A DNA stretch of 64,000 nucleotides from an uncultured Chloroflexia bacterium (GCA_963774265.1 CAVZDU010000002.1:640001-704000); one strand, 5' to 3'; positions 23,092-33,956 are shown, numbered from the stretch's first letter. Translations and numbers: made by a program. The notes: generated by a model not told the origin, from the letters alone.

Positions 23092-23535
23092 ATGGGCAAC
23101 GACGTGGCATCTCAGTTCGTCGGCACCTGGTGGCTGATTCGGTACTCCGCCACCACCCCGGACGGCGCAACCACCTACCCGTTCGGCCGGCACCCCCAGG
23201 GCCGCCTAATTTATGAGGTCAACGGCCGCATGGCCGTCCAACTCGCGCATCCCGGCCAGGCCGCGTTCCGTTCTGGCGATCCTCGCGCCCCGACCGCCGC
23301 CGAGGCGCAGGCCGCGTACGATCGCTACCTGGCCTACTACGGCACATACACGGTGGACCCGGATAAGGGAATCGTCGTGCACCATCTGGAGGTCTCACTG
23401 ACCCCGAACTGGACAGGGAGCGACCAGGTCCGTCATTTTAAGCTGGATGGCGACCGGCTGACTCTCACGACTCCGCCGACGTTTTTTGGGGGCGTTGAGC
23501 GAGTAACGACACTGATCTGGGAAAGGATGCCGTGA
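23092..23535 (+). CDS. Lipocalin-like domain protein
   Basis: FVGTW.L, G.LIY..G.M, YLAYYGTY, PNWTG.DQ.R. Confidence 0.8.
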   Translation: MGNDVASQFVGTWWLIRYSATTPDGATTYPFGRHPQGRLIYEVNGRMAVQLAHPGQAAFRSGDPRAPTAAEAQAAYDRYLAYYGTYTVDPDKGIVVHHLEVSLTPNWTGSDQVRHFKLDGDRLTLTTPPTFFGGVERVTTLIWERMP

Positions 23536-23719
23536 GCGAAGGCGGCCTTCGCACTCCACAGGCGGAGCGCACGACAGCCGAGGCAAGGGACGGGCCGGTG
23601 GGCGAAAGTGAAAACAGAGTGGTGGCTCCCAAGTATTGCCCACAACATGAAGGAGTTGGCGGCCGCGTGGACCGCTTTTTCCTGCTCTTCTTTCGTCGCT
23701 CCAATGGCTCGCCTGGCTC

Positions 23720-24769
23720 TCAGCCGATTCTTCGCCTGACGGCCTCATCCAGATCGTCCAGGATCGAGTAGATCGAGACCCCTTCGTTCAACACATACAC
23801 CGTAACCGGATCACCCTCGATGATCTCCTGTGGTGGAACCAGCTTTTCGTCTGCCTCTATGCTGGCATGGTGTAACGCCACAACCCTCCACTCGTCGTCG
23901 CAGACGGGCGAACCGGAGCCACCGGGTTCGGTATCGGTCTGGTAGCGCAGGAAATCCCTGGTCGCACCCATCTGCACGAAAAAGTTGTTGCGGATGGCGA
24001 ACTTCAATTCTTCACCGCGCGGATGCTGCACGATGTTGAGCCGATTGCCGCGCTCAAGCCTGGGTGGCGGTTGCGCGATCCGCAGCGGCTCCCGACCTGC
24101 CAGCTTGTCCGATTCTGCCAACTCGACGATGGCGTAGTCCAGTTCTTCATCCTGGCCCAACAGGCGACCACCAACGCACTCAACACATCCATTGCGGTCT
24201 TCGTAGAAATCGAACCAGGCCACTACTTCCTCGGCCTGCTGTTTGAAATCCGCGGCCTTCGCGGCACCCTCGCCCAGTCCATAGGGTCGCGGGCGATGGT
24301 CACGGGCTTCGATCACATGATGGTTGGTGATGAGGATGTTCGGCGCGATGAGCCATCCAGTGCCATAGAAGCACTCGCGCCGCCTAACGCCGTTAAAGAT
24401 CCGGGGCACTGCCAATCGAGCGACGCTGCCGGCGACGCTCTTGGCCTTGATGATGAAACGATAAGGCAAGCGACAGTCGCGCTGGCGCCCGAAGAGCAGA
24501 GCTTCCTCTTCACCTGCCGGAAGCGGTCTGGGTTTCGGCTGCAGGCTGCCCCCGGGACTCGCATCGTAGACCTCGCGCAAGATCTTCAGTTGTTCCGCGG
24601 AGAAGATCTGGGGTAACTGCCGCAGCGTCAAGCCATAGGAGTTGAGAAGGTATCTGCGCTCGAGGGCGATGCCTGCCACCTCACGGAGAAAGCTATCGAG
24701 GTTGTCCCTGCGCTTTCCCTTTTGAAGCAAATCCTCTGCAATCGACCTGATACCCTCTGTAGCATTCAT
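23720..24769 (-). CDS. Cytoplasmic trypsin-like (V8-type) protease with short N-terminal domain
   Basis: GTGWLI..TNHHV, LDYA, IVQHP.G, DTEPGGSGSPV, VALHH; no signal peptide. Confidence 0.85.
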   Translation of the reverse strand: MNATEGIRSIAEDLLQKGKRRDNLDSFLREVAGIALERRYLLNSYGLTLRQLPQIFSAEQLKILREVYDASPGGSLQPKPRPLPAGEEEALLFGRQRDCRLPYRFIIKAKSVAGSVARLAVPRIFNGVRRRECFYGTGWLIAPNILITNHHVIEARDHRPRPYGLGEGAAKAADFKQQAEEVVAWFDFYEDRNGCVECVGGRLLGQDEELDYAIVELAESDKLAGREPLRIAQPPPRLERGNRLNIVQHPRGEELKFAIRNNFFVQMGATRDFLRYQTDTEPGGSGSPVCDDEWRVVALHHASIEADEKLVPPQEIIEGDPVTVYVLNEGVSIYSILDDLDEAVRRRIG

Positions 24770-24783
24770 CCGACACCTCTATA

Positions 24784-25413
24784 TCAACCTGGTACCGCCA
24801 GACGCAGAATAAGATTCAAAAACACCTGCATCATGCCCACTCGATCCTCGTACGGTTCGACTGATTCCAGAACCTTCAAGATCATGTCTGCTGTAACGGT
24901 TTGCGGAAACCCGCCGCGGAGGACAGAGCATAGCTGATTTCGCTCCATACAGTGGCGCGATGCAACCAACTGCATTGTATCGTCATTGAACTCCGGCATG
25001 TCTGACTCAGGCGCTGGCGTGTACGGAATTGCCACATCGTCCATTATGCGCCAGAGCACCCATTCCCGTTCCTCATCAACGAAACCAAAGACCAGGTCCC
25101 GAAGGATCTTAGCTGCCTGTTCCGGAGTCTTCCGCTGCAGGATGATCATTTTCAGGTTGCCTGCGACTACCTGCTCAAGCATGTTTGCGATCTTCTCGCG
25201 TTTGTCCTCAGGTATGTCGCGACCGTCAACGACATTTGGATTCTTGATGCCGGGAGCATCGCACTTCTCGATCAACTCCCGCATGAGCTCCGTCTGGTCG
25301 GCCTCGCTTCTCGCACCGATGAAATCGGCGATCGCAGTAGCATGCCTGATGCGAGTTCTGCATTGGCTGCCCAGTAATCGCACGAATTGCTCGACAGTCC
25401 TCTCGTCAGCCAT
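24784..25413 (-). CDS. Hypothetical protein co-oriented with the protease
   Basis: 209-aa ORF with AGGAGG RBS, 14 bp upstream of the protease. Confidence 0.7.
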   Translation of the reverse strand: MADERTVEQFVRLLGSQCRTRIRHATAIADFIGARSEADQTELMRELIEKCDAPGIKNPNVVDGRDIPEDKREKIANMLEQVVAGNLKMIILQRKTPEQAAKILRDLVFGFVDEEREWVLWRIMDDVAIPYTPAPESDMPEFNDDTMQLVASRHCMERNQLCSVLRGGFPQTVTADMILKVLESVEPYEDRVGMMQVFLNLILRLAVPG

Positions 25414-25664
25414 TTGATCCCTCCTGTTATGGCCAAAGCCTCAGCCCGTCTCCCTGCGGGAATCGCTTGCAGATACTTAGGACCGGGTGGCTGCCGTGAG
25501 GAGTGTAGGACTCTGGTGGAGCGATCGGGGCGGCGGCAACGGTTGGATGGCGATCGTTGCCCGCCTGGCGAAGAGATGGTTTGGCACCAGATACCGCGAA
25601 GTGCGATGGACGCAGACCACATAAATGTTATAGGTCATTCGCAAACAAATGTCAAGGCTTCCGC

Positions 25665-25775
25665 AACTTGACCTCCAGCAGACAGACACAGTTGACGCAA
25701 CTCGGTTTTGCCGCGGTAGGCGCAGGTTTCACTGCCGGTGCGTGCTCGTTGCTGCAACATGAAATCGCCCTGCGA
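25665..25775. repeat. 111-bp repeat, left copy (truncated ISAs1-type MITE end)
   Basis: Inverted copy at 37383-37493 with 3 mismatches; inner end reads CAGGGCGATTTCATGTTG on the minus strand. Confidence 0.85.
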
Positions 25776-25781
25776 AGTTAT

Positions 25782-27047
25782 CAGGGCCATTCAGTTCTCG
25801 GACAAGCGTAGTGTTTTGGGCTGAGCAGGCTTGAAATCAAGGGCAAGGAAGGCAGAGTATCGCCTCATCAGAAAAGAAACCACAGCCGAGGTGATGCTAT
25901 GCCTGCGCCGATTATTCCCTTGATCGAAGTTCTTGTCGAGATTCCCGACTTCCGAAAGAGCCGGGGGAAGCGTCACACACTGTCTGCCATCCTGGCCTTG
26001 GCTTGTGCCGCGACGCTCTGCGGCGCTCGCAGCTACAGTGCGATGGCCGAGTGGGGCCGGAACTACGGTCCAGCCCTGGCACAAGCCTTGGGTTTCCGCC
26101 ATGCCAAGACGCCTTGCGCTGCGACGTTGCACAGCGTGTTTCGCCAGTTGAATGTTGAGCTATTCGAAAGCAAGTTGCGCCAATGGGCTGAATGCGTCTT
26201 GACCGCCTACCCATGCCGTCAGAATCAAGACGAGGCCATTGCCATTGACGGCAAGACCCTGCGCGGCAGCCAGAAACAAGGGGCGCCAGGCACGCATTTG
26301 CTTTCAGCACTCAGCCATCGGCTGGGTCTGACACTGACGCAGCAGGCGGTTGACGACAAAACGACTGAAATGTTCGCCATTGAGGATCTCTTGGATGCCC
26401 TGGTGCTCAAGGGGCGGGTCGTCACCGTCGACGCACTGCACACCCAGCGCTTCACCGCCCAGACGATCCTCGATTGGGAGGCGGACTATGTCATGATCGT
26501 CAAAAACAACCACCCGGAGATGCTGGCCGATATCCGGCTCTTGTTTCAAGAACTGGCGGTCGTGGCTGACACGGTGACCCGGGCGGAGTCAGTGACGGCC
26601 GGTCACGGCCGCATCGAGTGCCGCCAACTGATTGCCAGCACGGCGTTGGCTGATTATCTGCATTGGCCGGGTTTACAGCAGGTCTTCCGTTTGGAGCGTA
26701 CCGTCACCATCAAAAAGACCGGCAAACAGCGTCACGAAGTCGTCTACGGTATGACCAGTCTCGCCGCCGATAAGGCGGATGCTACCAGAGTGTTGCGCCT
26801 TGTACGCCAACATTGGTCCATCGAAAACCAATCGCATTGGGTACGGGATGTCACCTTTGATGAAGATCGGTCGCAAGTGCGCTGTGGTTCCATCCCGCAA
26901 ACGATGGCCGCTTTGCGCAACGCCGCCATCGGCCTGCTGCGTCTGACAGGACACACTAACATCGCTGCGGCCACCCGTCGATTTGCAGCTCAACCCTGGG
27001 CCGCGGTTGCCTTACTCGGCATCAAGTGCGAAAACTGAATGGCCCTG
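25782..27047 (+). mobile_element. ISAs1-family IS (transposase 25899-27038)
   Basis: IAIDGKTLRGS, VDALHTQR, HGRIE.R, HWSIEN..HWVRDVTFDED; 19-bp TIR CAGGGCCATTCAGTT(C/T)TCG. Confidence 0.95.
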
Positions 27048-27283
27048 GCGTATGACATAACTCATATTGACGGTTACGGATCGTTGTCTATAATGCAGAT
27101 GGCCTCGTCTCCACTCGACGGCGCGTTTTGCGGGCCGCTGGCTGATGTCATATGGCACCATGTCGCAGTCTTCGACTGGGGAGGAGAAGCTGGTCCGTCG
27201 AGACCAGTGGCGGCAAGGACAAAGTGGGCTAAAAAATCCGCGGCTATCGAATGAAGAACTTCACTCTGCGCAAGGAGGGGAAA

Positions 27284-28618
27284 ATGAAACTCGACCTAAG
27301 ATCATGGGGGATCGTTCTCGTAGTGATTGCATGTCTTCTGTCTAGTGCAGCCTGCCAAGGCCAACCGGCCGTGAATATCAACTCAGGCCCTAGCCCCACT
27401 CCCAGTTTCGCAAACTCGCCGGAAGGTGCTGTCAGGGCGATGCTTAACACGATCGAGCAACAGGATGCTAATCGCTATCTGGATGCGATTGACCCGATGC
27501 TCCGCGCAGAGCCGAACTATTTCTTCAAGGACGCCTTGATAAAGGGCATCCAATCCTACCTGGGCTTGCAGGGAGTTGGTGACCTTAGTCGGGTTGCCTT
27601 CCGAGAGGTTGAGCTCAAGACTCGGAGTAGTAGCGACAATCTGGCCGTTGTCGATGCATCAGGGAAGGTCCGAAACCTCGCAGTGGCAACAGAAACTGCC
27701 TTTGCGGGAGAGTTTTATGTCAGAAGGGTCGATGGAATCTGGTACGTTTCTGACCCCGGCACTGTCGCCCCGTCGACAGTTGAGGCGCCCCAAGGCGCCG
27801 TCTGGAAACTCATTCCAATCTCGATTGAAGCCGAACCTCGTGCGAATGGTTTTCTCGGCTACCATGTAGTTCTCATGCTGGAGAACCAGGGCAGCAAAGG
27901 AGAACGGGCGGAAATCGACACGGGTGCTGGCATTTTGGAGACTGAGGAGGGTTTCACCTACCCAGTCGATTCGCTGCGCTACTCATCCACTCTAATCCCT
28001 CCTGGGTTTCGAGTGAGAGGCGATTGGGGCGAGTACGCTTCGGGTACGATGGAACTGTGGTTCAAAGCCGTGGAAAAGGCTCATCCGACCAAGGTGGTGC
28101 TGGAAGACCATAGCACGGTCGACATCGGAGGAGTGCTCAAGACCAGTCCAAGTGGGAGCGGGCGCAGTTGGGGCGGTGTAGGGATTGCCGACCTACGGCG
28201 GCTGTCATTTCCGACAAGTCGACCGAATAGCGACTTTCTGGACACAGGCTTGGCGGTCCAAGTCCTGCCAGACGCAAAGGTAACATTCAAGAATGCACGA
28301 CGCGCAGGCGTCAGTTCCATGGGTCTTAGCGGACATGCTGAGGGCCTAATTGTGGATGTCGAGTTCCAGAATGAGAACCAGGGGTACGCCAGGGATGTCA
28401 ACGCCTCGTGCGTTCTGTTCGATGGCCTTGGTCTGACTCGCACTAGTCTGGTTAGCGCCTCCACTGGGGCTGGACCGGGTCAAACAGTCACAACACAGAT
28501 AGGCTACTACTTCGGAGATTGCGACGACGATGAGGAGAGGCTGAAGGCTGCTCTGACTAGGGCCAAACTTGTTTGCAGCGGCGATTTCGAGGCGATTGTC
28601 AACATCGAGGTCCGCTAG
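27284..28618 (+). CDS. Hypothetical lipoprotein
   Basis: Hydrophobic signal with SAAC lipobox; 444 aa; good RBS. Confidence 0.7.
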   Translation: MKLDLRSWGIVLVVIACLLSSAACQGQPAVNINSGPSPTPSFANSPEGAVRAMLNTIEQQDANRYLDAIDPMLRAEPNYFFKDALIKGIQSYLGLQGVGDLSRVAFREVELKTRSSSDNLAVVDASGKVRNLAVATETAFAGEFYVRRVDGIWYVSDPGTVAPSTVEAPQGAVWKLIPISIEAEPRANGFLGYHVVLMLENQGSKGERAEIDTGAGILETEEGFTYPVDSLRYSSTLIPPGFRVRGDWGEYASGTMELWFKAVEKAHPTKVVLEDHSTVDIGGVLKTSPSGSGRSWGGVGIADLRRLSFPTSRPNSDFLDTGLAVQVLPDAKVTFKNARRAGVSSMGLSGHAEGLIVDVEFQNENQGYARDVNASCVLFDGLGLTRTSLVSASTGAGPGQTVTTQIGYYFGDCDDDEERLKAALTRAKLVCSGDFEAIVNIEVR

Positions 28619-29103
28619 CCCGTTCTGCCACTCCTGGTGTCGTGTCGCGATTAGGGAGTTGCGGCCAGCGGTTGCAAGCCTTTAGACCTGTCTGTGCAGA
28701 AAGGCGTGCTTTCTTCCCCTAATGAAATAAGGGATTCATGGGGCGCGGCTCGGACGCGAACACTCCCGGAGCGACGGATGGTCGATAGGACCACAACCTA
28801 CCGCCCGAGAGCAGCGCGAGCCGCCCCATAATCTGTATTGAACTGAGCCGGTTAGCTCAGAGCGGTCCCATTTGAGGTTTCAAGCAGTCCGTTGCAGGAG
28901 TGATTGTCCGGCCGCGGTGGCCGTTTGAGGCAGGATTTCGGTCTCCACAGTGGCGTTTCCTCCGCACAAAGTCGTCGGTACAGACGGCCGTTGGCTTTGC
29001 ATTTCGGTCCTTGGACGTTTGCTGCACGGTAGACGCTCTCACTGCCGTTGACGGCAGGCATGACCAAGCCCTGGTCCTGTTTCTCATATCCAGCACCAGT
29101 CCG

Positions 29104-30227
29104 TCAGACGACCCTCGATTCAGACGTTCTTCGCTTCAGGCGGGCAGCGGCTCCTCGGCCGCAGGGTGCTGACCAACCGCATCGGCTTGCCGCAGATGGG
29201 ACACTGCAGATCAGTGGTGGGTAAGGGCTGAGCCGACGGCTGCTGGTCTTGCTCGAGCCGGAGTGGCCGCGCCGGGCAGCAACTGCTGCACCTTGCTCAG
29301 CGCTTCCCGTTGGTTGGGGCTGATAGAAGCCATAGTAGCGGACCTTGGCTGAAGCCCTTGGGCAGCACATGCTGCAGGAAACGACGGATGAACTCCTCGG
29401 CGCTCAGCGGTGCAGGTCTTGCGTTGGCCGCTCCGGGCATCCGTGTAGCCGAAGGTCACCTGGTCATCTTCCAGACTCAGGATGCGCCGGTTGCTAATTG
29501 CGACCCGGAAGATGTAGGGCGCCAGATACTTTAAAGCCCCAGCGCCGTTGCCAACCGGCTGGCAGTGGACCACCCAGTCCTGCGTCCAGACTTCAGCCGG
29601 GACCTGTGCGAAGAACTCCGTCTGTCGCAAGGCATCCCGAAACTTGGCCCGAAAGAGCACCGACAAGGCCCGCACGGGCAGGAGGAAATCCTCGCGCGCC
29701 GGTCGCCAGGCACTGCCATCGGGAGCCAAGCCGCCCCCAGGCACCACGTAGTGGACATGCGGATGGTAGATCAAGGCGCGGGTCCAGGTGTGGAGCACGC
29801 CGACCATGCCCAGGGTGCCGCCCACGAAGCGCGGGTCCTGGGCCAGTTGCTGCGCAGCCGCGGCCGAGGCGCGAAAGAGCAGCCCGTAGACCAGCTTCTG
29901 GTGACTGCGCGCGACCTCGCGCAGTTCTTCAGGCAAGGTGAAGGTGAGCAGAAAGTAGGGGACCGGCAAGAGCAGCGCTTGCTGCTGCTCCAGCCACTCT
30001 TGCCCGGCCGCGTTCTGGCACTTGGGACAGTGACGATTCTGGCACGAATGGTAGCTGTAGCGCTTCTCGCCGCACTCGGGACACTGGTAGACTTGTCCGC
30101 CCAGCGCTTCGGTGCGACATTGCTCGATGTCCGTCATCGCGTCCAGGTGGCTGGGCGGCATGCGCGCCCCGTACTTCTCCCGGTACTCGGGACCGTAGCG
30201 GCGAAAGATCTCGGCCAGCTCTACCAC
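29104..30227 (-). CDS. IS91-family transposase with 3' frameshifts
   Basis: CRTEALGG, HSCQNRHCPKCQ, HTW..HPHVH, YLAPYIFR, KVRYYG. Confidence 0.92.
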
Positions 30228-31093
30228 GTCAGCCCCGCCATCAACCGGTCGACGGCGAGCATGGCGATTTCTTCCCCCTGCTGCGTGAGATGGGTGTAGA
30301 TCGTGGTCGTGCGGAGCGAGCGGTGGCCGAGCCAGGCCTGGATCTGGCGCAGGTTGACGCCCGCCTCCAGCAAATGCGTGGCGTAGCTATGGCGCAAGGT
30401 ATGCACGCTGGCGTGCTTGTGGATGCCACTCTCACTCAGGGCAGCCGCAAAGGCGGCGCTCACGCTGCGCGGTGTCACCGGCACGGTGACGGCCGAGATC
30501 GGCTGGCCTTGGGGCGGTCGGGCCGGAAACAGCCACACGGGATGGCGATGGGTGCGCCAGTAAGTGCGCAGCATCTCCAGGGTGGCCTGGGGCAAGGGCA
30601 CATAGCGATCTTGGCCGCCTTTGCCCTTGCGGACATGGAGCATACGGCGGCTGCCGTCGATGTCCCCAACCTGTAGGTACACTCCTTCCCGAATGCGCAG
30701 GCCGCAGGCATAGATGGTGGTCAAACAGGCGCGATAGCGCGGCTGATGCACGCAGCCCAGCACCCGCGCCACTTCCTCCACACTCAGCACGGCGGGCAAG
30801 CTCTTCTCCTGCTTGGCGCGCGCCAGGTCCAGCAAGCGCCACTCGCGCTGGAGCGTGTGCTGGTAGAGGAACTTGATGCCGCAGAGGGCCACCGTCATGG
30901 TGCTGGCGGAGACCGCCTTCTCGTTCTGCAGGTAGAGCAGGTACTGCCGTAGCTCCTCCTCGCTGATTTCATCCGGCGATTTGTGGTAGTACTTGGCCAG
31001 TTGCTCCACCGCGGCGACGTACGCTTCCTGGGTGCGCGCGGCGAGTCCGCGCAGCTGCATGTCCTCGATCATCCGTTGTCGTAGGACAGTCAT
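30221..31093 (-). CDS. Tyrosine recombinase of the IS91-associated type
   Basis: LRQRMIEDMQLRG, YACGLR, GKGGQDR, HTLRHSYATH, LGH..TTTIY. Confidence 0.93.
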   Translation of the reverse strand: MTVLRQRMIEDMQLRGLAARTQEAYVAAVEQLAKYYHKSPDEISEEELRQYLLYLQNEKAVSASTMTVALCGIKFLYQHTLQREWRLLDLARAKQEKSLPAVLSVEEVARVLGCVHQPRYRACLTTIYACGLRIREGVYLQVGDIDGSRRMLHVRKGKGGQDRYVPLPQATLEMLRTYWRTHRHPVWLFPARPPQGQPISAVTVPVTPRSVSAAFAAALSESGIHKHASVHTLRHSYATHLLEAGVNLRQIQAWLGHRSLRTTTIYTHLTQQGEEIAMLAVDRLMAGLTW

Positions 31094-31206
31094 CTTGACA
31101 CCTCCTGGTTAGTGAATGGGTTGACCCATGTCATGATCACACATGACAGTGGCCGGCACCAAATCGGCCGGGGAAAGTGGAGAGGGGCAAAACTGTGGCT
31201 GAGGAT

Positions 31207-31234
31207 GTATAGCATAACGTCCTTTATGCTATAC
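31207..31234. promoter_or_regulatory. Tyrosine-recombinase core site (11-6-11)
   Basis: GTATAGCATAA-cgtcct-TTATGCTATAC perfect inverted arms directly upstream of a recombinase. Confidence 0.8.
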
Positions 31235-31242
31235 TTATCCCA

Positions 31243-32221
31243 ATGGATTCTTTACAACATCATCACCATACCAGCAGGACCCCTTCAGCCGACCTCCGGG
31301 AGCGTGCCCGCACTGTTCACCGACGCCGGCAGCGACGCCGTCCGCCGCTTCATCGAGTTCTTCACCGCCAACATCCGCAATCGCAACACGCGCGCCGCCT
31401 ATGCCTTCGCTGCGGCCCGATTCGCCCGCTGGTGTGACGCGCGCGGTATCGCCCTGGCCCAACTGACGCCTGTCATCGTGGCGGCTTATATCGAGGAATT
31501 GGGGCAACACCTTGCCAAGCCCAGCGTCAAGCAGCACCTGGCCGCCCTGCGCATGCTGTTCGACTACCTGGTGACCGGGCAGGTGCTGCCGACGAACCCG
31601 GCCTATGCCGTGCGGGGACCCAAGCACGTCGTCAAGACCGGCCGCACGCCCGTGCTCACCGCCGAGGAAACCCGGATACTGCTCGACCGCATCGATGTCA
31701 ATACCATCGCCGGGCTGCGCGATCGCGCCCTGATCGGGGTGATGGTCTACTCGTTCGCCCGGGTGGGCGCGGTGGTCGGCATGAACGTGGAGGACTACTT
31801 TCAGGAGGGCAAACGCTGGTGGTTTCGGCTGCACGAGAAGGGCGGCAAGCGGCACGAGGTACCGGCCCACCACAATGCCGAGGCTTATGTGGACGCCTAT
31901 CTGGCAGCGGCCCAGATCGCTGACGATCGCAAAGGCCCGCTCTTTCGCAGCCTGGATCGTGAGCGCCATTTGACGGAGCGGCGGCTACACCGGCTGGAGG
32001 TGCTGGCCATGATCAAACGGCGCGCCCGGCAGGCCGGACTGCCGGAGACGACCTGCTGCCACACCTTCCGGGCTACCGGCATTACGACCTACCTGCAGAA
32101 TGGTGGTACAATTGAGCATGCCCAGCAGATCGCGAACCACGAGTCGCCGCGCACGACCAAGCTGTATGACCGCACCAACGATGCGATCAGCCTGGATGAG
32201 ATCGAGCGGATCCTGATCTAG
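31243..32221 (+). CDS. Tyrosine recombinase/resolvase (start uncertain, possible 5' frameshift)
   Basis: RFIEFFTANIRN.NTR.AY, ARVG, HEKGGK, HTFRATG, NH, TKLYD. Confidence 0.88.
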
Positions 32222-32373
32222 GCGTTGGCGCTGGGGGCCGCGCAGCAGCTATTCACTGCAATAAGTGCCTCCAGGTCAACAGATGCCGAAGTCCGCGGGA
32301 GAATGAGTAGTTGGGCAGGGCACCGCGAGTCGCTGAAGCAAGCGCCACATCGAAAACGCTGTAGGGGGGAGCG

Positions 32374-32787
32374 ATGAACACAAACAAACAGACCGCCGGA
32401 GTGGACGTGAGAGTGAAGCTCACGATGCTGTGGGTATTCGTGCTGTTCAATATGGCCTATGCAGACATTCTCTCCTTGATGGACCCTACTTCGGCGATTC
32501 GCGCAAGGATGGCGGGGACTCCGATCACTCCGGGATTCCTGCTGGCAGGCGCGGTACTGATGGAGACGGCGATCGCCATGGTCGTCCTGTGTTGGGTATT
32601 GCCGTACAAGGCGAATCGCTGGGTGAACATCATCGTGGCCGCAGTGAACATACTTGCTGTCGTGACTGGCGGACACGGCCTTTACTATGCATTCTTCGCG
32701 ATCGTCGAAGTCGTCTGCATGTTGCTGATCGTCTGGTTTGCATGGACATGGAAGCCAGCCGCTGAACGCAGTACCGGGAGTCAGTAG
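32374..32787 (+). CDS. DUF6326-like small membrane protein, cassette-like
   Basis: KLTMLW.FVLFNMAYADIL, NRWVNI; attC follows 23 bp after the stop. Confidence 0.7.
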   Translation: MNTNKQTAGVDVRVKLTMLWVFVLFNMAYADILSLMDPTSAIRARMAGTPITPGFLLAGAVLMETAIAMVVLCWVLPYKANRWVNIIVAAVNILAVVTGGHGLYYAFFAIVEVVCMLLIVWFAWTWKPAAERSTGSQ

Positions 32788-32810
32788 TCCTCCGGCCACA
32801 GGTAATGCCT

Positions 32811-32874
32811 GCCCAACAAGCGCATCGAGCGGAGCCGCGCGCAAACGGGGCGCTGCATACGCCGCCCGTTGGGC
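32811..32874 (+). other. Integron attC-like recombination site
   Basis: GCCCAAC..GTTGGGC R boxes; inner GCGCATCGAGCG / CGCTGCATACGC arms; 64 bp. Confidence 0.7.
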
Positions 32875-33079
32875 GACCAGATGACTTGCACCAGCGCTCT
32901 TGCAGCAGCGTCGCGCAAGCCCCCGGCGGCCCCTGCGCAGGGCGCTTAGTTCAATTACCCATTAGGAGAAGAAAACGCGCCAGCGGTGGCCGGTTTGCGT
33001 CATCTAAGGTTCCGCTAAGGGGTTCTTAGGGGAAGTTGACTAGTGGATACCGACCTTGCACTGGATGGAGGTGGAGATT

Positions 33080-33634
33080 ATGCCGACCGAACTGGTCATC
33101 GCTGTGATTTCCGGACTGGTTGCAATAGTGGGTTCTTTCTTCATTGCGATCTACCAGTCCCGAGTCGAATTTCGGAAACTGGCGAGACAAGTTGAGGAGA
33201 AGTACGCAAGCTCGCTATTCGACAAACGGTTGACGGTCTACCCACCGCTGTATAGCACCCTCAGTCGGTTGACTAGTGCGATCGAAACCAATACTCAAAC
33301 CACGGAACAGGTTAAGCAGTTCCAGGATCAGTTTGAGAATTGGCTCTCTTCCAATGCTATCTTTGTGACACCGACGACCGCAACGATGGTCTGGGGTTAC
33401 CGCGCCTATCTTCTCAACCTCATGGAGACTTTCGAAGATGAACCTATTCCGGAAGAACGGTGGGTAGAGATTAGGAACCTGAATGTTGTAATAGGAAAGT
33501 TCTTGCGGGCAGAGCTGGGTGTATTTAGCACCCAGCCAGCAGGAACACCTGAGCTTGAATCGCCGCACGTGAGTGAGATGATTGAACGGTTGAGCCAAGA
33601 GAGCGGGAAACGGCGTTCTCGTTTCGGATACTAG
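33080..33634 (+). CDS. Hypothetical protein with N-terminal TM helix
   Basis: 184-aa ORF with lower GC; GGAG RBS. Confidence 0.7.
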   Translation: MPTELVIAVISGLVAIVGSFFIAIYQSRVEFRKLARQVEEKYASSLFDKRLTVYPPLYSTLSRLTSAIETNTQTTEQVKQFQDQFENWLSSNAIFVTPTTATMVWGYRAYLLNLMETFEDEPIPEERWVEIRNLNVVIGKFLRAELGVFSTQPAGTPELESPHVSEMIERLSQESGKRRSRFGY

Positions 33635-33841
33635 GCGTTACGTTTGGACTTCGTGGTAAGAATCACCTGGTGTTTATGAAGAGGTAGATGTTCGCCCTCC
33701 ACCATGAGACCACCACTCTTGTTACCGGCCAGCTAGTCTGTTGCTTGTCAACCCTCAACTTTTTCTAACACTATCGGTCTATCAACACCCCCTTCTATAA
33801 CACCTCGCGTCCTGTCATTTTCAAAACCCGTGGCGAAGTTA

Positions 33842-33870
33842 TTGACAGATCGTGCCCGTTCTCCTACAAT
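33842..33870 (+). promoter_or_regulatory. Sigma70-type promoter
   Basis: TTGACA-17 bp-TACAAT upstream of the radical SAM gene. Confidence 0.7.
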
Positions 33871-33956
33871 GCCGCAGGCTTCGGCTGCTTCGCCAACCGC
33901 CGCGTCAACGACGAAGAGACCGCGGTGCGCCAGATCGTCCGCACAGGGAAACCCGC

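Larger units (their letters stand above)
28838..31207 (-). mobile_element. IS91-like element: tyrosine recombinase + Y2 HUH transposase (5' boundary approximate)
   Basis: Coupled genes below; 3' terminus GGCTCAGTTCAA on the minus strand ending at 28838. Confidence 0.75.
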
